DNA from: an uncultured Pelagibacteraceae bacterium
GTDB taxonomy: Bacteria > Pseudomonadota > Alphaproteobacteria > Pelagibacterales > AG-422-B15
Direction of reading: 5' to 3'
NCBI GenBank assembly: GCA_902565955.1
Contig: CACFGR010000002.1
Coordinates: forward strand, 1 to 42,840
DNA: 42,840 nt
Positions 25,792 to 35,620 of this stretch are shown here, in pieces; position 1 is the first letter of the stretch, and every line of letters begins with the position of its first letter. The position numbers and the translations under genes are program-made. The notes below the pieces were generated by a model. That model searched no databases, was not told the origin of the DNA, and was given only the letters and a program-made list of their open reading frames with translations.

Positions 25792-26636
25792 TTATTTAAA
25801 TTAATGATTTGATTATAACCTTCTTTATATGAGGGATATTCTAAATAAATACCAAGTTCTTCTTTGATAAGCCTGTTGCTCACTTTTTTATTTTCAGAAA
25901 AAAAACTTTCTATTTGTTCTTTTTTACTTAACGTTTCATAAAGAACTTCATTGGGTATGATAATTGAAATCTTTTTTGATATATAGTCAATCACATCATC
26001 AAGAGTCGACGGATAGTCGTCAGCAATATTGTATATAGAAATAGGATTCGGTTTGTTCATTGAAGCTAAAATAATATTTGTTAAATCATTGATGTATATT
26101 CTTGAAAAAAAATGTCCCTTTTTTATTATTCTTGTGAAATTTCGAGATTGAATTCTACCAAGAATATTTCTTTCTGGTCCATATATGCCGGCAATTCTAA
26201 AAATATGTAAGGGTAGATTATATTTTTTAGATAACTGACTCCACTGATCCTCTGCAAGCTGGCGGCTAATTCCTCTTTTAGACTTAGTAAGTAATCTTGA
26301 GGTTTCACTCACAAATTGGCCGTCATGATCGCCATAAACACTGGTAGCTGATAAGTAGCCAATCCATTTAAGATTAATTAATTCATGTAAATTAAAATTT
26401 ATATTTTTTAAAAAAATATCACCACTTTGATCTGGTGGCACAGATATAATTAAATGAGTTATTTCATTTTTATATTTATCGAGAATTTTTAGGGTCTTCG
26501 AAGGGTCAATGATTCGAATGTTTTTTTTATTAATTTGTGAACTATTTAGACTTCGAGAAGTGGCAAAAATTTCTTTATCACTTACCATGCTTGCAAGATG
26601 TTTGGCTGTATATCCATAACCAAATATAAAAATCAT
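25788..26636 (-). CDS. NAD(P)-binding Rossmann-fold protein, SDR/epimerase-like
   Basis: 282 aa with an N-terminal glycine-rich beta-alpha-beta (IFIFGYGYTAKHL) and a central Y-x3-K-like region. The family call is approximate. Confidence 0.55.
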   Translation of the reverse strand: MIFIFGYGYTAKHLASMVSDKEIFATSRSLNSSQINKKNIRIIDPSKTLKILDKYKNEITHLIISVPPDQSGDIFLKNINFNLHELINLKWIGYLSATSVYGDHDGQFVSETSRLLTKSKRGISRQLAEDQWSQLSKKYNLPLHIFRIAGIYGPERNILGRIQSRNFTRIIKKGHFFSRIYINDLTNIILASMNKPNPISIYNIADDYPSTLDDVIDYISKKISIIIPNEVLYETLSKKEQIESFFSENKKVSNRLIKEELGIYLEYPSYKEGYNQIINLNN

Positions 26637-26640
26637 AAGT

Positions 26641-27816
26641 TTAATTTAACCATTCTTCTTGGACATTTTTATTTTTTTCAAGAGCGAAATATTTTTTTTT
26701 ATAGTTTTCAATATGATTACTATCAATCACTTGCTTTAATGACCAAACAGCCATTGCTCTTACAGTAGAAGATTCATCTTCTAAAAGTGACTCAATATCT
26801 TTCTTGTATTTTTTTTCTTTACTATTTCCAACTGCGATCAATACGTTTCTTAAAAATCTATCCCTACCAATCCTTTTAATGCTGGATTTAGAAAACTTTT
26901 TTCTGAAATCTTCATCTGTTAAACTTAACAAATCACCTAAATCAGGCTTGATAAGATCATCTCTGGGATAAAAACTAATTTCTTTAGATTTTTTTGCAAA
27001 TTTATTCCAAGGACAAACTGCTAAACAATCATCACAACCATAAATTCTATTTCCAATTAGTTTTCTCATATTTTTATCTATAATTCCTTTATGTTCTATT
27101 GTTAGATATGAAATACATTTAGTAGCATCTAATTTGTAAGGCTCAACAATTGCACTAGTTGGGCATATATCAATACAGTTTGTACATGAACCACAATGAT
27201 CAATTTCTGGATGAGTATTATTTATTTTTTTATCAACAAAAATTGATGAAAGAAATAACCATGATCCAAAGTCTTTTGAAACTAGATTTGTATGCTTACC
27301 TTGCCAACCAATGCCGCCTTTCATAGAAATAGGCTTTTCCATAACAGGAGCTGTATCCACAAAGTATTTAAAACTACAATTAAGCAACTTTGAAATTTCA
27401 AATGAAAGACTTTTCAATTTTTTTTTAATTATTTTATGATAATCAGTATTTCTTGAGTAAACAGAAATTATACCCTTATTTTTTTCAGACAATAACTCAA
27501 GCGAATTACATTCAAAATGATAGTTGATCCCAAGAACAATTATTGACTTAGCTTCATCCCACAAAACATTTGGATTTGACCTAAAATTAGATCTTTTCTC
27601 CATCCATGCCATTTCGCCATGATGATTTTTTTTCAAGAACTCGTTTAACTCTTTTTTAAAATTCAAGTTCGGGTTTATATCAACAACACCAAAAGTATCA
27701 AAACCATGAAGTTCTATTAATTTTTTTAGTTCATTACTCTTATCTAGTTGACCTTCTTCAACTGATTTTTGAAGCTTAATGGCTGAGGAAGAATGTTTAC
27801 TATCTCTTTTGGACAT
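26641..27816 (-). CDS. queG: epoxyqueuosine reductase
   Basis: 391 aa with two 4Fe-4S motifs (CGSCTNCIDICP, CDDCLAVCP) and C-terminal HEAT-like repeats. The only canonical start lies 73 nt inside gltB. Confidence 0.85.
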   Translation of the reverse strand: MSKRDSKHSSSAIKLQKSVEEGQLDKSNELKKLIELHGFDTFGVVDINPNLNFKKELNEFLKKNHHGEMAWMEKRSNFRSNPNVLWDEAKSIIVLGINYHFECNSLELLSEKNKGIISVYSRNTDYHKIIKKKLKSLSFEISKLLNCSFKYFVDTAPVMEKPISMKGGIGWQGKHTNLVSKDFGSWLFLSSIFVDKKINNTHPEIDHCGSCTNCIDICPTSAIVEPYKLDATKCISYLTIEHKGIIDKNMRKLIGNRIYGCDDCLAVCPWNKFAKKSKEISFYPRDDLIKPDLGDLLSLTDEDFRKKFSKSSIKRIGRDRFLRNVLIAVGNSKEKKYKKDIESLLEDESSTVRAMAVWSLKQVIDSNHIENYKKKYFALEKNKNVQEEWLN

Positions 27817-30800
27817 ACGTGTATAAATTTTTGTATTTCAGTTTCCCAGTTGTCTAATATGCTTTTCGCGTGAAGACTTCCCGTATTTTGATAATGTGAA
27901 AGAATAATTTGGTTAAGTTCATTTGTCCAATAATCAGATGCTATAGTATCAAAAATTAGAGTTTCAGCGTTAACTCTCTGATTAAATTTTTTATCCTCAT
28001 CATAAATAAAAGCCATGCCTCCTGTCATTCCCGCTCCGAAATTATCTCCAGTTTTTCCAAGCACAACAACAATGCCGCCAGTCATGTACTCACAGCCGTT
28101 AGAGCCACATCCTTCTACAACTGTAATCGCCCCTGAATTCCTAACGGCAAACCGCTCACCTGCTTGCCCAGCGGCATATAACTCTCCTGAAGTAGCACCG
28201 TAAAGAACTGTATTTCCGATTATTGTATTTTCATTTGTAACTAAATTACTATTCTTATGAGGTCGAATTGAAATAGTAGCACCAGATAAACCTTTACCAA
28301 CATAGTCATTTGAGTCTCCATAAAGATTTATTTTTAGTCCTTTAATAGCAAAAGCTCCTAGCGACTGACCCGCAGACCCCGTTAGATTGATGGTTAAATG
28401 CTCTTTGTTAACTTCTCTATCTTTGAAAGTTCTGTATATAGTCGAAGATAATCTTGTACCAACAGCTCTATCGGTATTTTTAATGGGATAGTTTAGTTCA
28501 GTTTTTTGACCTGTTTGTAAAAATTTAGATGCATCCTCAATAATTTTTTGGTCAAGTGTTGACCCAACGTCATTGATAATGGAGTGGTTAAAGTATTCTA
28601 CGTTTGGATCCTTTTCCGCTTGAATGAGCAATGAATTAAGGTCTAAGTCATCTAAATGAGTTGACCCCCTTGATATTTGATACAAAAGGTCAGTTCTTCC
28701 AATGATTTCGTTTAGGCTTTTGAATCCAAGTTTTGCTAAGATCTCTCTTACCTCTTCAGCTATATAACTAAAAAGGTTAACCACTTTTTCAGGGCTACCT
28801 GAAAATCTCGCCCTTAAGTCCTCATCTTGAGTACAAACTCCAACTGGACATGTGTTTGAGTGACATTGTCTTACCATTATACAGCCCATCGCAACGAGTG
28901 AAGTTGTGCCAACACCAAACTCCTCGGCGCCCATAATTGCAGCAATTACAACGTCACGACCTGTTTTGATACCTCCATCAGTTCTAAGCACAACGTTTTG
29001 CCTTAAGCCGTTAAGTGTCAAAACTTGATTCACTTCTGTTAAGCCCATTTCCCACGGGATACCCGCATATTTAATACTTGTTTGAGGACTTGCTCCAGTT
29101 CCACCATTATGTCCTGAAATTAAAATGACGTCAGCTTTAGCCTTCGCAACACCTGCCGCTATTGTTCCAATTCCAGATGACGCTACAAGCTTTACACAAA
29201 CTCTAGCATCTGGGTTTGCCTGTTTAAGATCATAAATAAGTTGAGCAAGATCTTCTATTGAATAAATATCGTGATGTGGTGGAGGGCTGATTAGTGTAAC
29301 ACCTTCTGTTGAGTGGCGAAGCTTGGCTATCTCAGCAGTTACTTTAAATCCAGGAAGCTGACCACCTTCACCAGGCTTGGCTCCTTGTGCTATTTTAATT
29401 TCTATTTCCTCACAGTTATTTAAATATTCAGTTGTTACACCAAACCTTGCAGAAGCTACTTGTTTTACTCTTGAGTTAGCACTGTCTCCATTATTGAGAG
29501 GCTTCGATCTTTCAATCGATTCACCTCCTTCGCCTGAACAAGAAGCACCTCCGATCCGGTTCATTGCTATTGCTAGTGTTTCATGGGCCTCCTTTGAAAG
29601 TGCTCCATGTGACATACTTCCTGTACCGAAGCGCTTTCTGATAGACGTTATTGATTCCACTTCGCTTAATTCTATTGAACTTTCACTTTCTTTAAACTCG
29701 AGCAAATCTCTAATATTGATTGGAGCAAAGTTGCTCATGGAGTTTGAATATTTTTTAAACATTTCATAAGAGTCATCTGCCACTGCTGTTTGTAAAAGGT
29801 GTATCAACTTTCCTTCATAAGCATGAGTTTCACCACCGTTTCTGTACCGATATATACCACCAATTGGCAATGTTTGTACGCTATCCGAATACGCATAATT
29901 ATGAAGATCGGTTAGTTTTTTTTCAATTCCGGACAAACCAATGCCAGACATACGGCTTTGTACACCAAGGAAATATTCATTAACCATTGAACGGCTCAAG
30001 CCAACAGCTTCAAAATTAAATCCGCCCCTGTAAGCACTGATAACTGAAATTCCAAGCTTAGACATAACCTTGAGTAAGCCTTGGTCTACTGCTTTTTTAT
30101 ATCGCTCGACACATTCCTCGTAAGATAAATTTCCAAACAGTCCTTTTTGTTGTCTTTCATAAATACAGTCCAATGCTAAGTAAGGGTTTACGGTCGTGGC
30201 ACCAACACCAATGAGAACAGCAAAGTAATGAGTATCTAGACACTCTGCAGACCTTACGTGCAATGATACAAAAGATCTTATACCTTTCCGTGTCAAATCT
30301 GTGTGAACAGCGGCGGTGATCAATATCATTGGTAAAGATAATTTGTCATGATCTGCACTAATATCAGATAGTACGATATGAGACTTTCCACTTAATACTG
30401 CAGTCTCTGACTCGAATTGAATACGCTTTATTTCCTCTTTTAAATTAAAGTTACTCTTATGAACTGTGCAATCAATCACAGTAGTGGATTCTTGTCCTCG
30501 AGCAGAAATCTTTTTGAACAATCCATTTGTTATAAATGGACTATCAATTACAAAAACATTTTCTTCATACGGATTAGGAGAAAGAATATCCTGCAAATTC
30601 CCAAATCGAGTTTTTAAGCTCATTCTGCTTTGCTCTCTTAGACTGTCAATTGGAGGATTTGTTACCTGACTAAATTTTTGTCTAAAAAAATGGGACAATG
30701 GTCGATACTTGTCCGATAACACAGCAACAGGAGTATCATCGCCCATGCTTCCAGTAGATTCCTTGGCATCACTTACCATTGGATGAAGAATAAGCTCTAG

Positions 30801-32264
30801 TTCTTCCATTGTGAAGCCAGCCGCAATCATTCTCTTTCTTAATTTTTCAGCTTCTATAACTGTCGTTTCTCTTGAAACTGTTACTCTTTTGTCTAGTCGG
30901 ATTATTTTTTTGACATACTCTTCATACGGAGCTTCTTTCGCAAGATAGTCTTTTAAATCAGAGTTACGATAAATTTTACCTTCCTTCAAATTTATTCCTA
31001 TTATATCTCCAGGGCCCAGCCTGCCTTTTTCAACTATCTTTGACTCATCAACTCTGACCATTCCTGTTTCAGAGCCAACGTATATTATTTTATCATTTGA
31101 TACAGAGTACCGCATTGGCCTTAAGCCATTTCGGTCCATCCCACCAATAATCCAATTTCCATCAACTGCAGCTATTGCGGCGGGTCCATCCCATGGTTCA
31201 ACAATGGCGTTTGAAAACTCATACATATTTCTATGCTCAATTGGCATCAGTTCACTTCTTTTTGACCATGCCTCAGGAATTAGAAGTGTTTTAACAAGAG
31301 GGACTGATCTTCCAGCTCTAACATATAATTCAAACGCAGCATCTAAGGCGGCAGAGTCAGAAACATTTTTTTCTATAATTGGTTTAACTTGTTCACTATC
31401 ATCACCAAAAATTTCTGATGTAATTCTTGTTTGATGATTTCTCATCCAGTTTGTATTTCCGGAAATTGTATTTATCTCGCCATTGTGAGCCAACATTCTA
31501 AATGGTTGCGCCAAACCCCAGGATGGAAAGGTATTTGTGGAATATCTTTGATGAAACACTGCATAAGAAGACACAAAATTATTATTAGCTAAATCAGGAT
31601 AGAATATGGAAAGTTGTTCAGCTAAAAATAGCCCCTTGTAGATGATTGACTCAAAACTTAAAGAGCATACATAAAATCCATTAATTTGCTGTTTTGCTAT
31701 TCTCTTTTCAAGTCGACGTCTTACTAAGTATAATTCTTTTGAATAATCAAAATTACTTTCTCTTTCAATGTTATTAACGAACATAACCTGCTCAATCTCA
31801 GGTCTAGTCGAATTAGCTTTTTCACCAATAACACTGTTATTAATAGGCACTTGTCTCCAACCATATATGTAGTATCCATGATCAAGAAGTTCCGATTCGA
31901 TTATTGTTCGACATTTTTCTAATGCTGCATAGTCGTTTCTTGGCAAAAACATCATACCAATGCCTAGAGGCTCATCTCTTTTTTCATGACCAGTTTTAAC
32001 AATCTCGTCATCAAAGAAGTTTATAGGTATTTGCGTAAGTATGCCGGCACCATCCCCTGTCTTACCATCAGCATCAACGGCACCTCTGTGCCACACAGCT
32101 TTTAGCGCATCGATACCCCCCTCTACAACTTCTCTTCTTTGCTTGCCATCAACTGATGCTACAAAGCCAACACCACATGCATCGTGCTCTTGTTTAGGAC
32201 TATAAAGGTGCCCTTCTTCCAAAACTTGCTTATTTTTTCTGTATCTATTTAAATCTGAGCTCAT
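27744..32264 (-). CDS. gltB: glutamate synthase large subunit
   Basis: 1506 aa with a propeptide followed by CGVGF (Ntn amidotransferase). FMN/3Fe-4S and GXGXG domains are recognisable. Confidence 0.97.
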   Translation of the reverse strand: MSSDLNRYRKNKQVLEEGHLYSPKQEHDACGVGFVASVDGKQRREVVEGGIDALKAVWHRGAVDADGKTGDGAGILTQIPINFFDDEIVKTGHEKRDEPLGIGMMFLPRNDYAALEKCRTIIESELLDHGYYIYGWRQVPINNSVIGEKANSTRPEIEQVMFVNNIERESNFDYSKELYLVRRRLEKRIAKQQINGFYVCSLSFESIIYKGLFLAEQLSIFYPDLANNNFVSSYAVFHQRYSTNTFPSWGLAQPFRMLAHNGEINTISGNTNWMRNHQTRITSEIFGDDSEQVKPIIEKNVSDSAALDAAFELYVRAGRSVPLVKTLLIPEAWSKRSELMPIEHRNMYEFSNAIVEPWDGPAAIAAVDGNWIIGGMDRNGLRPMRYSVSNDKIIYVGSETGMVRVDESKIVEKGRLGPGDIIGINLKEGKIYRNSDLKDYLAKEAPYEEYVKKIIRLDKRVTVSRETTVIEAEKLRKRMIAAGFTMEELELILHPMVSDAKESTGSMGDDTPVAVLSDKYRPLSHFFRQKFSQVTNPPIDSLREQSRMSLKTRFGNLQDILSPNPYEENVFVIDSPFITNGLFKKISARGQESTTVIDCTVHKSNFNLKEEIKRIQFESETAVLSGKSHIVLSDISADHDKLSLPMILITAAVHTDLTRKGIRSFVSLHVRSAECLDTHYFAVLIGVGATTVNPYLALDCIYERQQKGLFGNLSYEECVERYKKAVDQGLLKVMSKLGISVISAYRGGFNFEAVGLSRSMVNEYFLGVQSRMSGIGLSGIEKKLTDLHNYAYSDSVQTLPIGGIYRYRNGGETHAYEGKLIHLLQTAVADDSYEMFKKYSNSMSNFAPINIRDLLEFKESESSIELSEVESITSIRKRFGTGSMSHGALSKEAHETLAIAMNRIGGASCSGEGGESIERSKPLNNGDSANSRVKQVASARFGVTTEYLNNCEEIEIKIAQGAKPGEGGQLPGFKVTAEIAKLRHSTEGVTLISPPPHHDIYSIEDLAQLIYDLKQANPDARVCVKLVASSGIGTIAAGVAKAKADVILISGHNGGTGASPQTSIKYAGIPWEMGLTEVNQVLTLNGLRQNVVLRTDGGIKTGRDVVIAAIMGAEEFGVGTTSLVAMGCIMVRQCHSNTCPVGVCTQDEDLRARFSGSPEKVVNLFSYIAEEVREILAKLGFKSLNEIIGRTDLLYQISRGSTHLDDLDLNSLLIQAEKDPNVEYFNHSIINDVGSTLDQKIIEDASKFLQTGQKTELNYPIKNTDRAVGTRLSSTIYRTFKDREVNKEHLTINLTGSAGQSLGAFAIKGLKINLYGDSNDYVGKGLSGATISIRPHKNSNLVTNENTIIGNTVLYGATSGELYAAGQAGERFAVRNSGAITVVEGCGSNGCEYMTGGIVVVLGKTGDNFGAGMTGGMAFIYDEDKKFNQRVNAETLIFDTIASDYWTNELNQIILSHYQNTGSLHAKSILDNWETEIQKFIHVCPKEIVNILPQPLSFKNQLKKVN

Positions 32265-33700
32265 GATGCTTTAACCTTATTAACCTCTGCCAGTTTTTTA
32301 GCTTCGATATAACTGTGTATTGAATTGGCCACATCTCGACCATCCCTTATTCCCCAAACTACTAATGAAGCACCTCGAACAATATCCCCTGCGGCAAAGA
32401 CTCCATCAATATCAGTCATCATAGTATTGAAACCAACTCTTATTGTGCCCCACTTTGTCACTGGTAAGTCTTTAACATTGAAAAGTGCAGGTAAATTTTC
32501 AGGAGAAAAACCTAGAGCAGCTATGACCATATCAGCCTTCAAATTAAAATCAGATCCATCTATTTGTTGAGGTGTTCTTCTTCCATCGATATCAGGCTCA
32601 CTCAATCTCATTTTGACGCATTCAATTTGGTAACCATTTTTTATGACATTCATATTAATTGGGAGAGATTGCCACATGAATTCGACACCTTCCTCTTCAG
32701 CATTATTTACCTCTCTTGCAGAACCAGGCATATTTTCTTTATCTCTACGATATAAACATTTCACAGATTTAGCCTTTTGTCTTACAGCAGTTCGTACACA
32801 GTCCATTGCTGTGTCACCGCCACCAATGACCACAATGTCTTTACCTTTTGCATCCAACTCACCTTCATCAAATTTCTTAACTTCATCTCCAAGTCCTTTT
32901 CGATTAGATGCGGTTAAGTATTCTAATGCTGGAATTATGTTACTTGTACTTTCACCCAGGATAATTTCTTTGGCTTTATAAACACCTGTAGCTATTAAAA
33001 CTGCATCATGTTTTTTTTGAAGGCCTTCAAATTTTATGTCTTTTCCAATCTCAACATTAAGATGAATATTAATTCCAGAGTCTTTTAAGTATTGCATTCT
33101 CCTTTGAACGATATCTTTTTCTAATTTAAAATTCGGGATACCGTAAATTAATAATCCACCGGCTCTATCGTAACGATCATAAACATGTACCTTGTAACCT
33201 TTTTTTCTAAGCTCTTCTGCTGCTGCTAGTCCTGCTGGTCCTGCACCAATTACACCTATGCTATTTTCTTTTTCTATATTCTTATCAACCTTGAGAGGAG
33301 TAACCCATCCATTCTCAAATGCATTATCTGTTAAATATTTCTCTACTGAGCCAATTGTTACGGATCCATGTCCTGATTGCTCGATTACGCAATTACCTTC
33401 ACATAATCTATCTTGAGGACAGATCCTACCACATATCTCAGGCATATTATTTGTACTTGATGAGATTTCATAAGCCTCTTCCAACCTGTCCTCTGCGGCA
33501 AGCTTTAGCCAATCAGGTATATGGTTATGAAGTGGACAGTGAACAGTGCAATATGGAACGCCACATTGAGAGCATCTGCTAGACTGCTCTTTCGCGCTGT
33601 TTTTAATGAAATTATCATAGATTTCTCGAAAGTCTTTTTTTCTATCTTTTGATAATCTCTTATCAGGATACACTTGATTCAGATCAGTAAATTTAAGCAT
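32261..33700 (-). CDS. gltD: glutamate synthase small subunit (NADPH)
   Basis: 479 aa with N-terminal Cys clusters and GAGPAGLAAA/GGGDTAMDC dinucleotide folds. It overlaps gltB by 4 nt (ATGA), so the gene order is gltD then gltB. Confidence 0.95.
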   Translation of the reverse strand: MLKFTDLNQVYPDKRLSKDRKKDFREIYDNFIKNSAKEQSSRCSQCGVPYCTVHCPLHNHIPDWLKLAAEDRLEEAYEISSSTNNMPEICGRICPQDRLCEGNCVIEQSGHGSVTIGSVEKYLTDNAFENGWVTPLKVDKNIEKENSIGVIGAGPAGLAAAEELRKKGYKVHVYDRYDRAGGLLIYGIPNFKLEKDIVQRRMQYLKDSGINIHLNVEIGKDIKFEGLQKKHDAVLIATGVYKAKEIILGESTSNIIPALEYLTASNRKGLGDEVKKFDEGELDAKGKDIVVIGGGDTAMDCVRTAVRQKAKSVKCLYRRDKENMPGSAREVNNAEEEGVEFMWQSLPINMNVIKNGYQIECVKMRLSEPDIDGRRTPQQIDGSDFNLKADMVIAALGFSPENLPALFNVKDLPVTKWGTIRVGFNTMMTDIDGVFAAGDIVRGASLVVWGIRDGRDVANSIHSYIEAKKLAEVNKVKAS

Positions 33701-33709
33701 AACTTTTAA

Positions 33710-33807
33710 TTATGTCATAATTATTGACATATATAGAATCCTATTAATAAATTAAATTGTCTTATATCACTCTAATAATATATTAATAGTCATTCATTAT
33801 GACATAA
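33710..33807. promoter_or_regulatory. two copies of an 11-bp palindrome TTATG-N-CATAA plus an adjacent half-site; candidate operator pair
   Basis: TTATGTCATAA lies at 33710-33720 and TTATGACATAA at 33797-33807. TGACATA at 33725-33731 forms TATGTCA-N7-TGACATA with the first site. Confidence 0.45.
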
Positions 33808-33862
33808 ATAGAACTTTTGCTTGCCTATTTGGCGTAAAACTCTATTTTTTTTCATATCTGTT

Positions 33863-34660
33863 ATGCATATTTTTCCAGTAGTTATTCTAGCAATTATTCA
33901 AGGAATTACAGAATTCCTGCCAATTTCAAGTTCAGCTCACTTACTTATTACTGCAGAAATGATGAATATAAGAGAAAATTTATCTCTGGATATAAGCCTT
34001 CATTTAGGCACTTTGATGGCTGTATTGATGTATTTTAGAACTGAAGCGCTTAACTTCTTTAAATTTATGATGCCTTTCCTTAAGTCGAACAAATTATCCA
34101 AAACAAAGATGAATCAAAATTTGATTATTGCATCATTGCCAATAATTTTTATTGGTGGCTTAGCTTATATATCTGGTTTTGCTGAAATCTTTAGAAATCT
34201 AAAAATTATAGGTCTATCAACTATAGTCTTTGGTTTAGCACTTTATTTTGCGGATATTAGATCCAATAAGAAAAGTCTTAAAGTGGAAAATCTATCATAC
34301 AAGAAATCTCTTGTTGTTGGTTTTTTTCAAATTTTTGCAATTATTCCTGGTGCTTCAAGAGCAGGTGTAGTTTATACGGGTTCAAGAATAGTTGGTTTAG
34401 ATAGAGTCGAGGCTGCAAAATTTTCAATGCTCTTATCAATACCTGTAATACTAATATCGACCTCAATTCCTGTTATTGAAATAGCGAATGACTCAATTGC
34501 AATAGATTTTTTATATTTATTTTCTGGTTTTATTATTTCTTTCATTACAGCATACTTATCAATAAGTATATTGTTGAATTGGGTAAAAAATAATTCGATG
34601 ATACCATTTGTAATTTATCGAATAATACTTGGATCGATAATTTTGATTTATTTCACTTAA
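33863..34660 (+). CDS. uppP: undecaprenyl-diphosphate phosphatase
   Basis: I moved the start to the ATG giving MHIFPVVILAIIQGITEFLPISSSAHL, a canonical UppP N-terminus. The track ORF begins at an upstream TTG. Confidence 0.9.
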   Translation: MHIFPVVILAIIQGITEFLPISSSAHLLITAEMMNIRENLSLDISLHLGTLMAVLMYFRTEALNFFKFMMPFLKSNKLSKTKMNQNLIIASLPIIFIGGLAYISGFAEIFRNLKIIGLSTIVFGLALYFADIRSNKKSLKVENLSYKKSLVVGFFQIFAIIPGASRAGVVYTGSRIVGLDRVEAAKFSMLLSIPVILISTSIPVIEIANDSIAIDFLYLFSGFIISFITAYLSISILLNWVKNNSMIPFVIYRIILGSIILIYFT

Positions 34661-34661
34661 A

Positions 34662-35567
34662 CTATGAAATATATGTGCTGATAATACTACGTGGCGAACT
34701 TGGTTCAATTCCTAATTTTTCTAGGTTAAATTCAGTATTTGAGATGGTATTGTCTTTTCTTAGAAGTTTTACTTGATCAAACGTTATAAGTGGGGAGGGT
34801 AAGGGCAGCATCATAAATGCAATAAAGTTTGCAAAAGACAATGGAACTGGAACTATTAGCCTTTTAATTTTTAAAGTGTCTAAAATTAATTGGTATATTT
34901 CTTTCAGACTCATTTTTTCTGGTCCACCAAATTCAAAAATCTTACCATTATATTTATCATCCAAAATAAGTCTGTTTATAGCTTTGGCGATATCTTTAAC
35001 ATAAACACATTGGTATTTGTTATTAGCGAACAACGGTACAACTGGTAAACTTTTTAATAATTTGGCTTGAACTGAAAAGAAACCGTCACCAGGTCCAAAA
35101 ACTATTGATGGTCTAATTATTATTGTGTTGGGATAACTCTTTTGAATATTTAGCTCTCCCAAGCCTTTTGATTGTTGATATTTTGAGTCGCTTTCGATAT
35201 CAGCTCCAATAGAAGAAAAATGGATAAATTTCTCAACCTTATTTTTTGCAGACAAATCTGCGATATTTTTAGGCCCTAAAGAATGACAATTTTCGAAAGA
35301 TTGACCACCAGAACTATCATTTAAAACACCTACAAAATTAATGACAACATCTGAGCCTTTTATATATGGCTCTATTGTGTGCTTGAGCATAATGTTACCT
35401 TTTACAATATCTAATTGTTCAATAGGAGCCATCATTCTCAAATGACCTGCCATATGAGGGTTTCTGCATAAAATTCTTAAGTTGTGACCTTCTTTCAGAA
35501 GTTCGGAGATGCAATATTTAGCTAAAAACCCAGATCCGCCAATTAGTGTGATCGTTTTTTTCTTCAT
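34662..35567 (-). CDS. NAD-dependent epimerase/dehydratase, complex I NDUFA9-like SDR
   Basis: I moved the start to MKKKTITLIGGSGFLAKY (glycine-rich NAD fold at the N-terminus). The 31-codon upstream extension is AT-driven. Confidence 0.75.
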   Translation of the reverse strand: MKKKTITLIGGSGFLAKYCISELLKEGHNLRILCRNPHMAGHLRMMAPIEQLDIVKGNIMLKHTIEPYIKGSDVVINFVGVLNDSSGGQSFENCHSLGPKNIADLSAKNKVEKFIHFSSIGADIESDSKYQQSKGLGELNIQKSYPNTIIIRPSIVFGPGDGFFSVQAKLLKSLPVVPLFANNKYQCVYVKDIAKAINRLILDDKYNGKIFEFGGPEKMSLKEIYQLILDTLKIKRLIVPVPLSFANFIAFMMLPLPSPLITFDQVKLLRKDNTISNTEFNLEKLGIEPSSPRSIISTYIS

Positions 35568-35620
35568 ATTTACTAAATATACCTTTATGTACAGAAATGA
35601 AATAAGATAAATATCATACA

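Noticed and set aside
28015-32981. Multiple 60-130 aa ORFs antisense or out of frame within gltB and gltD (for example 29377-29769 and 32643-32981), and similar ones inside pheT, lepA, thrS, aroA, CT, MFS and LysE
   Set aside because: They lie entirely inside long, confidently identified genes. They have Ser/Pro/Leu-rich low-complexity translations typical of shadow frames.
33821-33862. N-terminal extensions proposed by the ORF track: uppP from TTG 33821, NDUFA9-like to 35660, rpmI to 19685, cmk from 40666, and the hypothetical from 1009
   Set aside because: In each case an internal ATG gives the canonical family N-terminus. The extension is hydrophobic or AT-driven, or overlaps the neighbouring gene.
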